Below, piece by piece: positions 26,624 through 39,081 of a stretch of 64,000 bases of DNA. Where the stretch lies: assembly GCF_001194135.2 (NCBI RefSeq), contig NC_068991.1:78206564-78270563 (forward strand), written 5' to 3'. Origin of the DNA: Octopus bimaculoides (taxonomy: Eukaryota). The notes under the pieces were generated by a model, which was given only the letters and a program-made list of their open reading frames with translations, ran no database searches and was not told where the DNA came from. The position numbers were made by a program, and so were the translations under genes. Every line of letters starts with the position of its first letter. Position 1 is the first letter of the stretch.

Positions 26624-29487
26624 NNNNNNNNNNNNNNNNNNNNNNNNNNNNNNNNNNNNNNNNNNNNNNNNNNNNNNNNNNNNNNNNNNNNNNNNNNNNN
26701 NNNNNNNNNNNNNNNNNNNNNNNNNNNNNNNNNNNNNNNNNNNNNNNNNNNNNNNNNNNNNNNNNNNNNNNNNNNNNNNNNNNNNNNNNNNNNNNNNNNN
26801 NNNNNNNNNNNNNNNNNNNNNNNNNNNNNNNNNNNNNNNNNNNNNNNNNNNNNNNNNNNNNNNNNNNNNNNNNNNNNNNNNNNNNNNNNNNNNNNNNNNN
26901 NNNNNNNNNNNNNNNNNNNNNNNNNNNNNNNNNNNNNNNNNNNNNNNNNNNNNNNNNNNNNNNNNNNNNNNNNNNNNNNNNNNNNNNNNNNNNNNNNNNN
27001 NNNNNNNNNNNNNNNNNNNNNNNNNNNNNNNNNNNNNNNNNNNNNNNNNNNNNNNNNNNNNNNNNNNNNNNNNNNNNNNNNNNNNNNNNNNNNNNNNNNN
27101 NNNNNNNNNNNNNNNNNNNNNNNNNNNNNNNNNNNNNNNNNNNNNNNNNNNNNNNNNNNNNNNNNNNNNNNNNNNNNNNNNNNNNNNNNNNNNNNNNNNN
27201 NNNNNNNNNNNNNNNNNNNNNNNNNNNNNNNNNNNNNNNNNNNNNNNNNNNNNNNNNNNNNNNNNNNNNNNNNNNNNNNNNNNNNNNNNNNNNNNNNNNN
27301 NNNNNNNNNNNNNNNNNNNNNNNNNNNNNNNNNNNNNNNNNNNNNNNNNNNNNNNNNNNNNNNNNNNNNNNNNNNNNNNNNNNNNNNNNNNNNNNNNNNN
27401 NNNNNNNNNNNNNNNNNNNNNNNNNNNNNNNNNNNNNNNNNNNNNNNNNNNNNNNNNNNNNNNNNNNNNNNNNNNNNNNNNNNNNNNNNNNNNNNNNNNN
27501 NNNNNNNNNNNNNNNNNNNNNNNNNNNNNNNNNNNNNNNNNNNNNNNNNNNNNTATGTATGTATGTATGTATATATAAGAGAAAGGCAGTTAATGAAAAG
27601 TCGAGGAGGATATTGTTCACTGAGACTTGAAAGAAATCTGCTCATAATATTAAATATGATTAATAATAAAAACAAAAATAAAACACAGGCAAAATGCATA
27701 AACTAAAATCAAATAAAAATGAAATGGAATTATAAGACGTGTATATGAATAAAGCCATACACATGTAGGTACAGAAATCATAAAATATACAAAACAATAA
27801 ATTGCAGCAATACGAATATACATACATTTCTAAGTTTCTATGAAAACGTTCGGCGAGATGTCAGTTGTTTAAATTTTATAGTATGATCAATATTTGAGCC
27901 GTAAATTATTTAGTACGAAGCGTCAAGTGCAGTTAGTGAAGGGATGTTTTGTTCGTTAATCATATACTTACTATTCTTCACTTCTGTTTAACAAGTTTAA
28001 AACCAAGAGACATTGTTGTAATATGAATATGTATGGTGTGTTTGTTAATGGAATTTAGGCTTTTAAAGAGATCAAACGAGGAAGTTCCAACGTTAAGTAT
28101 GGAGAGTTGAAAGATCGAGCAAGGGTTCAAGACCTTCAGGCATTGATTTAAATGGATTAAATATACCGGTGTAAATGTAGGGGCTTTATTATTGCTGGTA
28201 TAAATGTATTAGAAATATATTGAACGTTGCATGTTTAAAATACACAAACAAGGTAAAAGAATCAACGAATATTTATTAACAGACTCGTTCTAGTTACTGC
28301 CATGCACTGAACATTCCAGTTCCTACAATATGTGCGTGCGTCTGTGTACATTGTTGAGCAGTATATTACTGGTTATGGCATATAACTGGTCAGAATGTTA
28401 CCGACAGTTTCACGCAGACTATCGCACTTGGCAATATTGATAACACTTCAGGCATCGTGATGGAAGTGCAAAGACCCTTTCATGTTAAAAGTTAATACAC
28501 ACACACACACACACACACACACACGTATGTATGTATGTATGTATGTATGTATGTATTATTGCTGGGGTTTTTTGAGTTTAAGTTCTTCTTGGGAGTGTTC
28601 AAACCGATCGCTAACAAAGCGACAAGACTTCTTGAGTTAAGAGACCTCCTGGTGTTTGTAAATATGTGGTTGAGTTGATGTATTGGTTGAGCTTCGATGC
28701 ACGCACCCAAATGTGTGTATCTATTTCCAAGTGGTGGAAAGTTATAGTATTTTCCAAGAGGGAAGGAAGAGTTGCCTCCCATGGAACGAAGTCATGTGTG
28801 GTCGAGCGGTGCTAGCCATGCGTGTGTGCATGTTTGTCGTTCTCTAATTCGACAAAGGGAGCCATGTTGTCTAAACGAATTTCCTTCTATGAGGGCAAGA
28901 AGAAAATATTTCGCTTTTACGATTTAGAAAAGCACCCCCAATTTATTAGATTGTTTCTCCTCTCGGTTAAACAAAACCTGTAACGTCTAATTCAATTCAG
29001 ATATGGTCTAACATATTCGTTAATGTTTGTTTTATGTCAAGTTATTTATAAAAGCAATTTAATTTAACATTAAACGCAAAGGTTCCCAATAACTTTTAAT
29101 AGAATACATATTTATGAATTTTTACAAGGAAAAAATTAGAAATTATTTCGAGGTACTCGCTTCTTTGTTGTCATTATCATTGATATGTATATGTATATGT
29201 GTGTACATGCGTGCGTGTATGTGTGTGCATGTATATATATATATATATATATATATNNNNNNNNNNNNNNNNNNNNNNNNNNNNNNNNNNNNNNNNNNNN
29301 NNNNNNNNATGAAAATACAAAATGGGACAAGAACGCAAAACATCCAAACAATTAGGTGATACAAAAATAGGACAACAAAACATCCAGATAGACGATACAA
29401 AGAAAACAAGGACGAGTTTTCTTTCCTCAGTCGAGTTCCAGATTATCTTTGCAATTTCGGCTGGTTATATTCGAGATTGTTCCAGTC

Positions 29488-29702
29488 TCTGGATTAAGTA
29501 AGTTCAAATGGGAATTAAAGGATAAAAACATTGAATTTAATATTAAATGGGAGATTGTTAGTTTTGCAAAGCCATATCAAATCTCCAACAAAATATGTGA
29601 ACTATGTGAAGTTACACAGAAAATTATACTCGGTTGCATCAGCAACTGCTCATACTCTGTGCAGTAGAAACACGTGTAGGTCGTTGTAAGCATAAAAATA
29701 TG
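29488..29702 (+). mobile_element. Penelope-like element, GIY-YIG C-terminal fragment
   Basis: SGLSKFKWELKDKNIEFNIKWEIVSFAKPYQISNKICELCE...RCKHKN resembles the PLE LSKYIWELK...IKW.I...A.PY....C.LC...CRH.NK pattern. Confidence 0.85.
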
Positions 29703-30856
29703 ACATTGTGGAAGTACCAGTTTCCATATTCTCTTTCGTTATAATTATTGGTGATACATACACACACACATATATATATATACATACATACATACATATA
29801 TATATANNNNNNNNNNNNNNNNNNNNNNNNNNNNNNNNNNNNNNNNNNNNNNNNNNNNNNNNNNNNNNNNNNNNNNNNNNNNNNNNNNNNNNNNNNNNNN
29901 NNNNNNNNNNNNNNNNNNNNNNNNNNNNNNNNNNNNNNNNNNNNNNNNNNNNNNNNNNNNNNNNNNNNNNNNNNNNNNNNNNNNNNNNNNNNNNNNNNNN
30001 NNNNNNNNNNNNNNNNNNNNNNNNNNNNNNNNNNNNNNNNNNNNNNNNNNNNNNNNNNNNNNNNNNNNNNNNNNNNNNNNNNNNNNNNNNNNNNNNNNNN
30101 NNNNNNNNNNNNNNNNNNNNNNNNNNNNNNNNNNNNNNNNNNNNNNNNNNNNNNNNNNNNNNNNNNNNNNNNNNNNNNNNNNNNNNNNNNNNNNNNNNNN
30201 NNNNNNNNNNNNNNNNNNNNNNNNNNNNNNNNNNNNNNNNNNNNNNNNNNNNNNNNNNNNNNNNNNNNNNNNNNNNNNNNNNNNNNNNNNNNNNNNNNNN
30301 NNNNNNNNNNNNNNNNNNNNNNNNNNNNNNNNNNNNNNNNNNNNNNNNNNNNNNNNNNNNNNNNNNNNNNNNNNNNNNNNNNNNNNNNNNNNNNNNNNNN
30401 NNNNNNNNNNNNNNNNNNNNNNNNNNNNNNNNNNNNNNNNNNNNNNNNNNNNNNNNNNNNNNNNNNNNNNNNNNNNNNNNNNNNNNNNNNNNNNNNNNNN
30501 NNNNNNNNNNNNNNNNNNNNNNNNNNNNNNNNNNNNNNNNNNNNNNNNNNNNNNNNNNNNNNNNNNNNNNNNNNNNNNNNNNNNNNNNNNNNNNNNNNNN
30601 NNNNNNNNNNNNNNNNNNNNNNNNNNNNNNNNNNNNNNNNNNNNNNNNNNNNNNNNNNNNNNNNNNNNNNNNNNNNNNNNNNNNNNNNNNNNNNNNNNNN
30701 NNNNNNNNNNNNNNNNNNNNNNNNNNNNNNNNNNNNNNNNNNNNNNNNNNNNNNNNNNNNNNNNNNNNNNNNNNNNNNNNNNNNNNNNNNNNNNAATATA
30801 TTCGCCATAAATAATCTATTCGCCATGATTTTCTCTCACTGCTAATTTCTGTATTC

Positions 30857-30892
30857 CTTTCTGTCGAAGAGCGTCGGCTCGAAACGTAAAAG
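30857..30892 (+). ncRNA. Degenerate minimal type I hammerhead ribozyme (Penelope pseudo-LTR)
   Basis: Stem I cttt/aaag, core CTGTCGA(A) with A6 changed to T, stem II GAGC-gtcg-GCTC, GAAA, loopless ACGT stem III, GTA triplet. Confidence 0.6.
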
Positions 30893-31009
30893 ACTTTCTC
30901 ACTTCCCGAGCGTTAAACTAATACATCTGTTTGTTGTTTACACACCCGTCTTCGTCTTTTTTTTTCTGTAAATTCCAACTATATATATATATATATATAT
31001 ATACTTGCT

Positions 31010-31385
31010 CTGCTCTGCCTGACCTCTTGTACCAGCGAAAAACAGATGCTCGGCTCGTGCAATTTAATCCATGACCAGCCTGGAGCGTTTCATAAGTTTC
31101 TGTAGCATTCCTGCCCAGTTTAACACAAAGCTTTATTCCATAGCGAGCTTCCAGATTGTACTCACGTCCCGGCACCATTCTGTAAACCAGTCAGCTGTGA
31201 CAAGCAGTATTCAATAGTTTGTGTTCAAAGTGCTCTTACAGTCGTATCGTTCAATCTGGAATAAAAGATTGGCTGGGCAGCTTATTATATTTATAGTAAT
31301 GATAAACTAAAATTAAAATGATCAAAGACATTTATAACTCCCTCTCCTAAAAAAAAGTCTCAAGACTTCTGGGATGTACCTTGTA
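31010..31385 (-). mobile_element. Mariner 5' end: TIR plus transposase N-terminal HTH fragment
   Basis: EARYGIKLCVKLGRNATETYETLQAGHGLNCTSRASVFRWYKR (mariner HTH). TIR-like TAcaaggtacatcccagaagtcttgagac on minus at about 31385. Confidence 0.85.
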
Positions 31386-31473
31386 TGTATGTATGTAGGT
31401 AGGTATTATGTATGTATTATGTATGCATGCATGTATGTATGTATGCATGTATGTATGTACGTATGTATGTATG

Positions 31474-31538
<65 letters not shown>

Positions 31539-31551
31539 GTATGCATGTGTG

Positions 31552-31582
<31 letters not shown>

Positions 31583-31614
31583 ATTTGCGTATGAGTGTGC
31601 GTGTGTGTCTTTAT

Positions 31615-31815
31615 GTCTATGTTTGTCCCCAATCGTTTGACAATCGGTGTCGGTGTGTTTATGTCCACACACCATAGCGGTTTGGCAAAAGAAGCAGATA
31701 GAATAAGCACCTGGCTTTGGCAAAAAATAAATACTGGTGGTGATTCGTTCGACTAAAATTCTTCAAGGTGATGCCCCAGCAAGGCCGCAATCCAATGACT
31801 AAGACAAATAAAAGA
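31615..31815 (+). mobile_element. SINE family B, 3' half
   Basis: gtttgacaatcggtgtcggtgtgttt...gccccagcaaggccgcaatccaatgact. Confidence 0.85.
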
Positions 31816-32739
31816 CATATGGCTATCTTTTTATCACACTTAATGTAAATACATCGTTGAAAGGCAAATTCACTGTGATATTCACCCGGAGATGATATCT
31901 CTTATGGACGTGATGTATTTAAAGACGCAATATATATCAGATGGAGACGAAAATCGTTCCGGCAGCAACTAGTAAGAACCCTAGATGCATTTCGGCCTCA
32001 ATGCGGTTTATCAATGACGTGTACTTACAGTCAACCACATATTTCGACGAGATTCGTCGCCACCGATATATAGAAAATCAGTAAATAAACATCCACTGAC
32101 TCTAAAAATGGAGACAGCCTTGATTCAATCAGCTTCAACTGACAAAAGGAAGTCGTAAAAAGAAACGCTAAGAATGGTTCGAACCGGGTGTCCAGACGAG
32201 AGCGTCAGTCTCCATCCACGATCCTCGCACTTCCGTAGAATCATGAAGGAGCGAACTGACAGGCTGCTGGGGATTTCGAAACACAGGCTCGTGAACAAGA
32301 CTATACGAGGAGCCAGGCTAATCGAGGAGGGGCAAATAAACGCTTATGCCTACAAACATCAATGTACACGTCCATTCATTCCGTCTGGACCACTCCACTG
32401 TAGAATATCTCGCTTGTCTTAACCACACTCTTGTACCAGCAAATTTCCAGCAGCTATTTAACCGAATTACCACAGCACCGTTCTCAAGACAATATTGATT
32501 CCGAAGCGAATGTCCAGGAACCTATTACGAAATTAAAAATATGAATAAATGAAGTGAAGAATCTCATTGTTGTAGTTATTGCATACAAATGCAGAAATCG
32601 TTCAAAGTGGCTGCATTTGCGAAAATCTTTTCCAATCGATTGTAATCGAATCTAGCTTTATATTTCTAAACCCTTCTCTCCAATATGTCATTACAGTTCT
32701 TTCCATCGACATGGGCAACTACAACTAAAAATAGTGCTA

Positions 32740-32767
32740 CAATATAACTATTACTACTAATAGTAGT

Positions 32768-32799
<32 letters not shown>

Positions 32800-32960
32800 A
32801 TGGCGGTTGTGATGGTGATGGTGGTGATGATGGTGGTGGTGGTGGTAGTAGTGGTGATGGTGGCGGCGGCAGCAGCAGCAGAAGCAGCAGCAGGAGTAGT
32901 AGTAGTAGTAGTAGTAGAGGTGGCGGTGGTGGTGGTGGTGGTGGTGGTGCTTCTGCTGCT
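32740..32960. repeat. Compound trinucleotide repeat (TAG)/(GTG)/(GAT)/(GCA)
   Basis: Direct observation. Confidence 0.95.
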
Positions 32961-33889
32961 GAACACAATGGCTTGCTGTATTTAGTTGCGTTTCTTTATG
33001 ATCTCAGTTCTAAATATCCCCGCACCGAGGTCAGTTTTGCGTNNNNNNNNNNNNNNNNNNNNNNNNNNNNNNNNNNNNNNNNNNNNNNNNNNNNNNNNNN
33101 NNNNNNNNNNNNNNNNNNNNNNNNNNNNNNNNNNNNNNNNNNNNNNNNNNNNNNNNNNNNNNNNNNNNNNNNNNNNNNNNNNNNNNNNNNNNNNNNNNNN
33201 NNNNNNNNNNNNNNNNNNNNNNNNNNNNNNNNNNNNNNNNNNNNNNNNNNNNNNNNNNNNNNNNNNNNNNNNNNNNNNNNNNNNNNNNNNNNNNNNNNNN
33301 NNNNNNNNNNNNNNNNNNNNNNNNNNNNNNNNNNNNNNNNNNNNNNNNNNNNNNNNNNNNNNNNNNNNNNNNNNNNNNNNNNNNNNNNNNNNNNNNNNNN
33401 NNNNNNNNNNNNNNNNNNNNNNNNNNNNNNNNNNNNNNNNNNNNNNNNNNNNNNNNNNNNNNNNNNNNNNNNNNNNNNNNNNNNNNNNNNNNNNNNNNNN
33501 NNNNNNNNNNNNNNNNNNNNNNNNNNNNNNNNNNNNNNNNNNNNNNNNNNNNNNNNNNNNNNNNNNNNNNNNNNNNNNNNNNNNNNNNNNNNNNGTAGGG
33601 AGCTACTTCGTCGAAGATTTCTTTGAAGAAAAGTTGGACATTCTTCTACTATAAAGACCATACATAGATGACTGGAATTTGTGTTAATATGATTTTCTCG
33701 TTTGGCTTATTGTTTGGGTAGCAATTGTTCCTGTGCAAGCTGAGGTTGATACCAAGAAAACTTTAAAATACTGCTATGGGTGGTTATGAAATTCTTGAAT
33801 TTACTAACGAACATTTTCTATGTGAAGTATTCTTACTGGCGTGATGAGAACTGGCTGCCTCGTCGTCTCCACGAAATCCTGTTTACGCT

Positions 33890-34272
33890 TTTACTCTTTT
33901 ACTTGTTTCAGTCATTTGACTGCGGCCATGCTGGAGCACCGCCTTTAGTCGAACAAATCGACCCCAGGACTTATTCTTTGAAAGCCTAGTACTTATTCTA
34001 TCGGTCTCTTTTGCCGAACCGCTAAGTTACGGGGACGTAAACACACCAGCATCGGTTGTCAAGCGATGGTGGGGGGACAAACACAGACACACATACATAT
34101 ATATATACATATATACGACGGGCTTCTTTCAGTTTCCGTGTACCAAATACACTCACAAGGCTTTGGTCGGCCCGAGGCTATAGTAGAAGACACTTGCCCA
34201 AGGTGTCACGCAGTGGGACAGAACCCGGAACCATGTGGTTGGTAAGCAAGCTACTTACCACACAGCCACTAA
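33890..34272 (-). mobile_element. SINE family B, full-length CpG-intact reference copy
   Basis: Complete head (gtggctgtgtggtaagtagcttgc), B-box-like ggttc..gtccc, ccttgggcaagtgtcttct core, internal (TA)n, 3' half ending ctgaaacaagtaaaag on minus. Confidence 0.95.
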
Positions 34273-34590
34273 ACTTTGTGTTTTGTGCACCTTTTTATGT
34301 CCAGACCGACAATGTCACAAACTGGCGCCGAATGAACCTGAGGGAGCTGAGAGGCTGTTTAAAGCAGGCAGAATCTTTCTGGAAGAACAATCTTTGTCTC
34401 ACATACAGAAATGCCGCCGGTTGTTAACATACAAAATAAGCTTAACTCTGATATTGAAGTTTCAAGAAATCTAAATAGATTTTTATTTTCTTCGATAAAA
34501 CCAATAAACTATACGAAATAAACAATAACAATATATACTCAATTACTTATAAAAATTATCGCTACCAATTAATGAAAAATTAGCGCACAG

Positions 34591-34705
<115 letters not shown>

Positions 34706-36762
34706 ACAACGTAAATAATGAGCCAAAAAATAGAGATCAGGAAGTGATATTAGAAAATCGCTTTGTGCAAGACGTACAACTCAAAATGTAGGCTAATTAA
34801 TTCAGCTAAAACAGAGATTGAACAAATTAGTAAGAAAATATTAAGTAAAAGTAACAATAGCATTAGGAAGACAAGCAGGCACCAACAATGAAAACCAAGG
34901 ATTGGTTTTCATATTAATAATAAGCATGATTCCACGTTCACCCAGTTTGCCATTGCTGATTTTTATCGTTCGATCTTTCAACCTTTTCTCGTTGGCACCC
35001 CACATTTCGACAGAAGATACAATAGCCTAGATAACATAGACATATCAAATGGTATGCATTCAAGAAAGACTACTTTTCAATAAAAATTCTACCTAAGACA
35101 AAAAATCAGATCCAACAGGTTCAATTGATGTAATCGTTTAAGAGAACAAATAGTTGGAATGTCGTTGGTCTTCGCACACAAGGCGTACTAACCACGAAAT
35201 TCGCTACAGCCACCAAAGGAATATATGGAGTCGACAGACTTACCGCTTCTTCTCACGCCAGTAGGCCTATATTAGAAAACGTTCGGAAAATTCGTTAACA
35301 CATTCAAGAATTTCGATCCAAAAATGACCATTATCGTAGTTTTGCAAACATCTTAAATGTTACCCTCGACTTACACACTTACAAAGCGCACAGTAAACTC
35401 GAAGAGATACTCATTAACATTGGTTCCTATTCTCTATCTTCAGTCTTTAGAAATGTAATTAGTAACTTTAGTAGAAGAAACTCTAAATGTTCTTCAAACA
35501 AAAATCTTCGATAAGCCAGTTTCCTTTTGCAGAATTGATTTAGCAAAAAATTATTTACATTCGTCTATACTACATAAGACTAGACCCCGCAACATTTTAT
35601 AGTTTCTACTCCTTGTAAACATGATGTTACAAAAACATTTCTAGACTTAAAAGATAAATATTTCTCAATTTAACACCAAGACAGAAAATTCTTCATCAGA
35701 TACCACTTAAAAATTAGTTACATTATATGTCCAACACGAAATACATCACAACACAATCGCACAATATCATATTAGGTAATGTTCACGTGCAGAAACACCG
35801 ATGCATGCCTACTCATTCAATTGCGTAATGCCGAAGCGAAGTCTATGAAGCAAACGTCACCTCTGAGCGTAAAAATATCAGAGGCATGTTCAAACTACAT
35901 AAAAATAACAGGGATAAATTCAAACAACGTTACCTTCATCTTTCTTCATCTTTCTTCATCTTTCATCCTTGTTAAAAAGAAGAACGCAACAACTTTGTCA
36001 AACAACATTTGGAACTTAAAAGGACACATCAACGATTTCGATATTAAATGAAAAATACTAGAGCAATACACACTTTATACGACTGATACAAACAACTGCA
36101 AATTATGCAGCAGGGTGACAAGCAGCTACACACGGGGAAAACAAGAAAATTCGTGAATTACCTAAACACAAGACATGGGGTGGGGATTAAAGGTCTAGTC
36201 CAAAAGCTGGCAACAGAGTCGATTCGGATAAAGGAGCCAAAAAAACAAGCTGTAGCTTTCGTCTTTCTTTTTTAAGTATAGTGTGATTCCATGACGTATA
36301 TGCTGTAGAACCAGAAAGAAGAGCTTCTCCGAAGTCGTTTGATCTGCTAGAAATAGGAACCAAATCTCTCCCAAAGCACATCCTAATGTTTAAAAAAATC
36401 AGGAAGGCTGCATTAGATAACACACTCCTAGATATATATGATAGAATGGTCAGAAGTGGTTTGAATTTGATCCTAGAACCTTCCCAATTGGAGCTGACCT
36501 GAATCTAAACAGGAAAACCATATTTCCCTGTCATCTAGAGACTTGTTTCTTCTAAAAATTTAAATAATATAAACAGAAAATGGAAACACGATAATACATA
36601 CACATATGCGCGTGCACACGCACACACACATATATCGGTAGCTGTATCTAAATGAACATTCGATTACTAAGCTACTGCTGTCTATTAATCATTTAAACGA
36701 AACCATTATTTGTTTCTTTTATCAGATCTAACCAGATATTAGACGAAAATTTTAAACACAGC

Positions 36763-36958
36763 TGACGTCACTTACTTAATCTACTTCGCGAAGTTATTTG
36801 ATTAAAACTTCGTCTGGTTTTAAGCAAGCTGTATACATGGTCCATTACACACTTGCTGACCGATATTCAAACCGAACATCGGTCAATAATGCAAGATTTT
36901 CATCATTTGACTGGACATTATTGAATGCTATATGTTGTATGAAACAAAAATGGCCGCC
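36763..36958 (+). promoter_or_regulatory. Possible promoter: CRE palindrome TGACGTCA (36763-36770) and YY1-like AAAATGGCCGCC overlapping an ATG (36950)
   Basis: Motif matches only. A TGACGTCA also occurs at 50808, so chance is possible. Confidence 0.3.
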
Positions 36959-38150
36959 GACGCAGAAACAGACGACCAGCCAAGGGAGATTGACGGTTCG
37001 TATCGCTTACAATTCTACATCGTGTTCGTCTGTGGTCGAGGCACTTTAACTGATTCTGTAAATCTTCTTTGGTGTCCGTCTATCTGTCACGAGAGACAAT
37101 GGAGTTTCGGAACACGGATCAGTCAGGATTTGAGCTGCAGCTCTACAAAGGAGAATGAGGCAATTCACCGTCCATGTTGTTGCTGCTATTTTTCCCTGAT
37201 GACACTGGAATATCCTCTTTCGAACACAAGCTTGAGTTGGATGTATGGCGATCCAGGGTTGCCTAAACACCAGAATCACAGACTCTTAACCTCTCTACTG
37301 TAATCCAAAGGTGTGTAGAACAACATATTTGGCACTAGTTTGGCTGTAGGATTTGCTATAAGAGTGTCCAGTTGACACCAAACTCCCTTTGGTGTTCTAT
37401 TCCCAATTTTTATAAGATTAACTCCCTAGGTTTACCATACCAGATTGTGAGATGTTTACCTTTAGTTGCGAATCTGTATCACTAGACATGGCGCCATATC
37501 AGATAATATCAATTGAAGCTGAAATGAGATTCATGTAAGACTGGAATGTTGCACCCTGAAGTAGTAAAAGAGAACGTTATTCAATACCTAGAGTAAAATA
37601 GAGCACAATAAATAAAGTACAATATCTAAATTCTTCATTGAAACAACTCAAGAAAAACCGTTTACATGAAATTAGAAAAGAAGCTTTAGATTTTAAACTA
37701 TCTCGAGAAACCACGATGTTATGCATCAGTGATCAATTAGGATTTAAACTTAAAGTGCCTGCAGTGAATGTTACATTTCATAATAGCACTGTAACGCCCA
37801 AGTTCGGCCTCATGTATAGAGATCATGAGTTGTCGTCACCTCTTGACCTCACTGTTGAGACCCAGAGGGATTTAAAGCAACACATTTTTTACAAGTTTGG
37901 CGGCAGGATTTGCTAGAAGAGCCTCAAGCTGAACACCAAACTGTTTTCAAGGCTGTGTTCCAGATTTATTATAAGATTCACTCTCTTAGTTTATCACACA
38001 AGGTTGCAGACTTTTGCCCATAGCTGGATGGATCTCTAACCCTGGACTGGGGTGGGGCTTCTATACGAGTACTTATCTGTCGGAGCCAGCAGACGCCAAG
38101 ACACGCATCAGGTAGAGTTGTTACGTCCTGAAAAAGTAACTGAGTTCATC
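36950..38150 (+). pseudogene. Decayed intronless coding-like segment, product unidentified
   Basis: Starts MAADAETDDQPREIDG. One frame from about 37087-37916 (about 275 codons) has only about 6 stops, then a shifted frame reads FLQVWRQDLLEEPQAEHQTVFKAVFQIYYKIH..KVADFCP*LDGSLTLDWGG. Confidence 0.45.
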
Positions 38151-38319
38151 ATCCTCTACTTTTTATACACACTCCTTGTACATATATCCCCATTTCAACC
38201 CAGATCGAATAGTCTCATGGTCAATAGCATTCCAGTCATGACCATCCCATCTTATTTTCAGACAGTATACCTTGCACTACGTCATTCAATGTGTCCTTCC
38301 TTGTTTCAGGCATCCATCC

Positions 38320-38720
38320 ATCTTCTCCGCCCATTATTCGTAGGAGAGGCGAAGACGTAAAGCCCTCAGGTGCTTCGTCCATAGGATCTTATCCAAAGCA
38401 ACCATCGTTACACTTTCCTGTTGGTTTCCCAAACGGGACCAGCTGAGATTATGAACATTATCCCACCATTTCGTTCTTGGTCTACCCCTGGGTCCCTTCC
38501 TGGTTGGCTTGGCTCGAAGAATCCGCCTTACGATTCTTTCCTGCAACATTCTTGTCCCATGTCCATCGTACCGAAGTAATGATTCGACCTAGAGACACTC
38601 CCACCCCGCCCATCACTGAGCTACGCACCCGGTCGAATAAGGTGCGATTTAAGGAAATGTGACTGATATTTCTAATAAAGGCCGAGCGACCACATGTAAG
38701 TTTATTCGTGCAATTCATTG
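38320..38720 (-). mobile_element. RTE-clade LINE 3' fragment
   Basis: RTLFDRVRSSV and ERIVRRILRAKPTRKGPRGRPRTKWWDNV, short (GGAT)n-like tail on minus. Confidence 0.85.
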
Positions 38721-38861
38721 CAGTGAGCAGCGATTATAGTGTACGTTGGGGTGTGGGTGTGGGAGAGAAATTACTAATGTTCAACTATTCATCTTATTAG
38801 AAAATTACTATTTTTAAATCTCACAACGAGAAATATTCAGCAAGAGTACTTTGGAGTAAAT

Positions 38862-39081
38862 ATTGTTTGCCAGCATAACATGGCAGTCCTGGTTTAGGAC
38901 GAATGTTGCTGTAATTTAGCCCCAGGAGACATCGTCTCCAGCTGGCTATACGACACGATCTGTTCGAAAATATAAGGACACAGATCGTGTCGTATAGCCA
39001 GCTGGAGATGATGTCTCCTGGGGCTAAATTACAGCAACATTCGTCCTAAACCAGGACGGCCATGTTATGTTGGCAAACAAT
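38862..39081. repeat. Near-perfect inverted repeat, 102 bp arms, 16 nt spacer
   Basis: Arms 38862-38963 and 38980-39081 with 3 mismatches counted by eye. Confidence 0.95.

Noticed and set aside
29401-29490. Minus-strand CTGAGGA and GAAA motifs suggesting a third hammerhead
   Set aside because: Could not assemble stems I-III in a valid order by eye.
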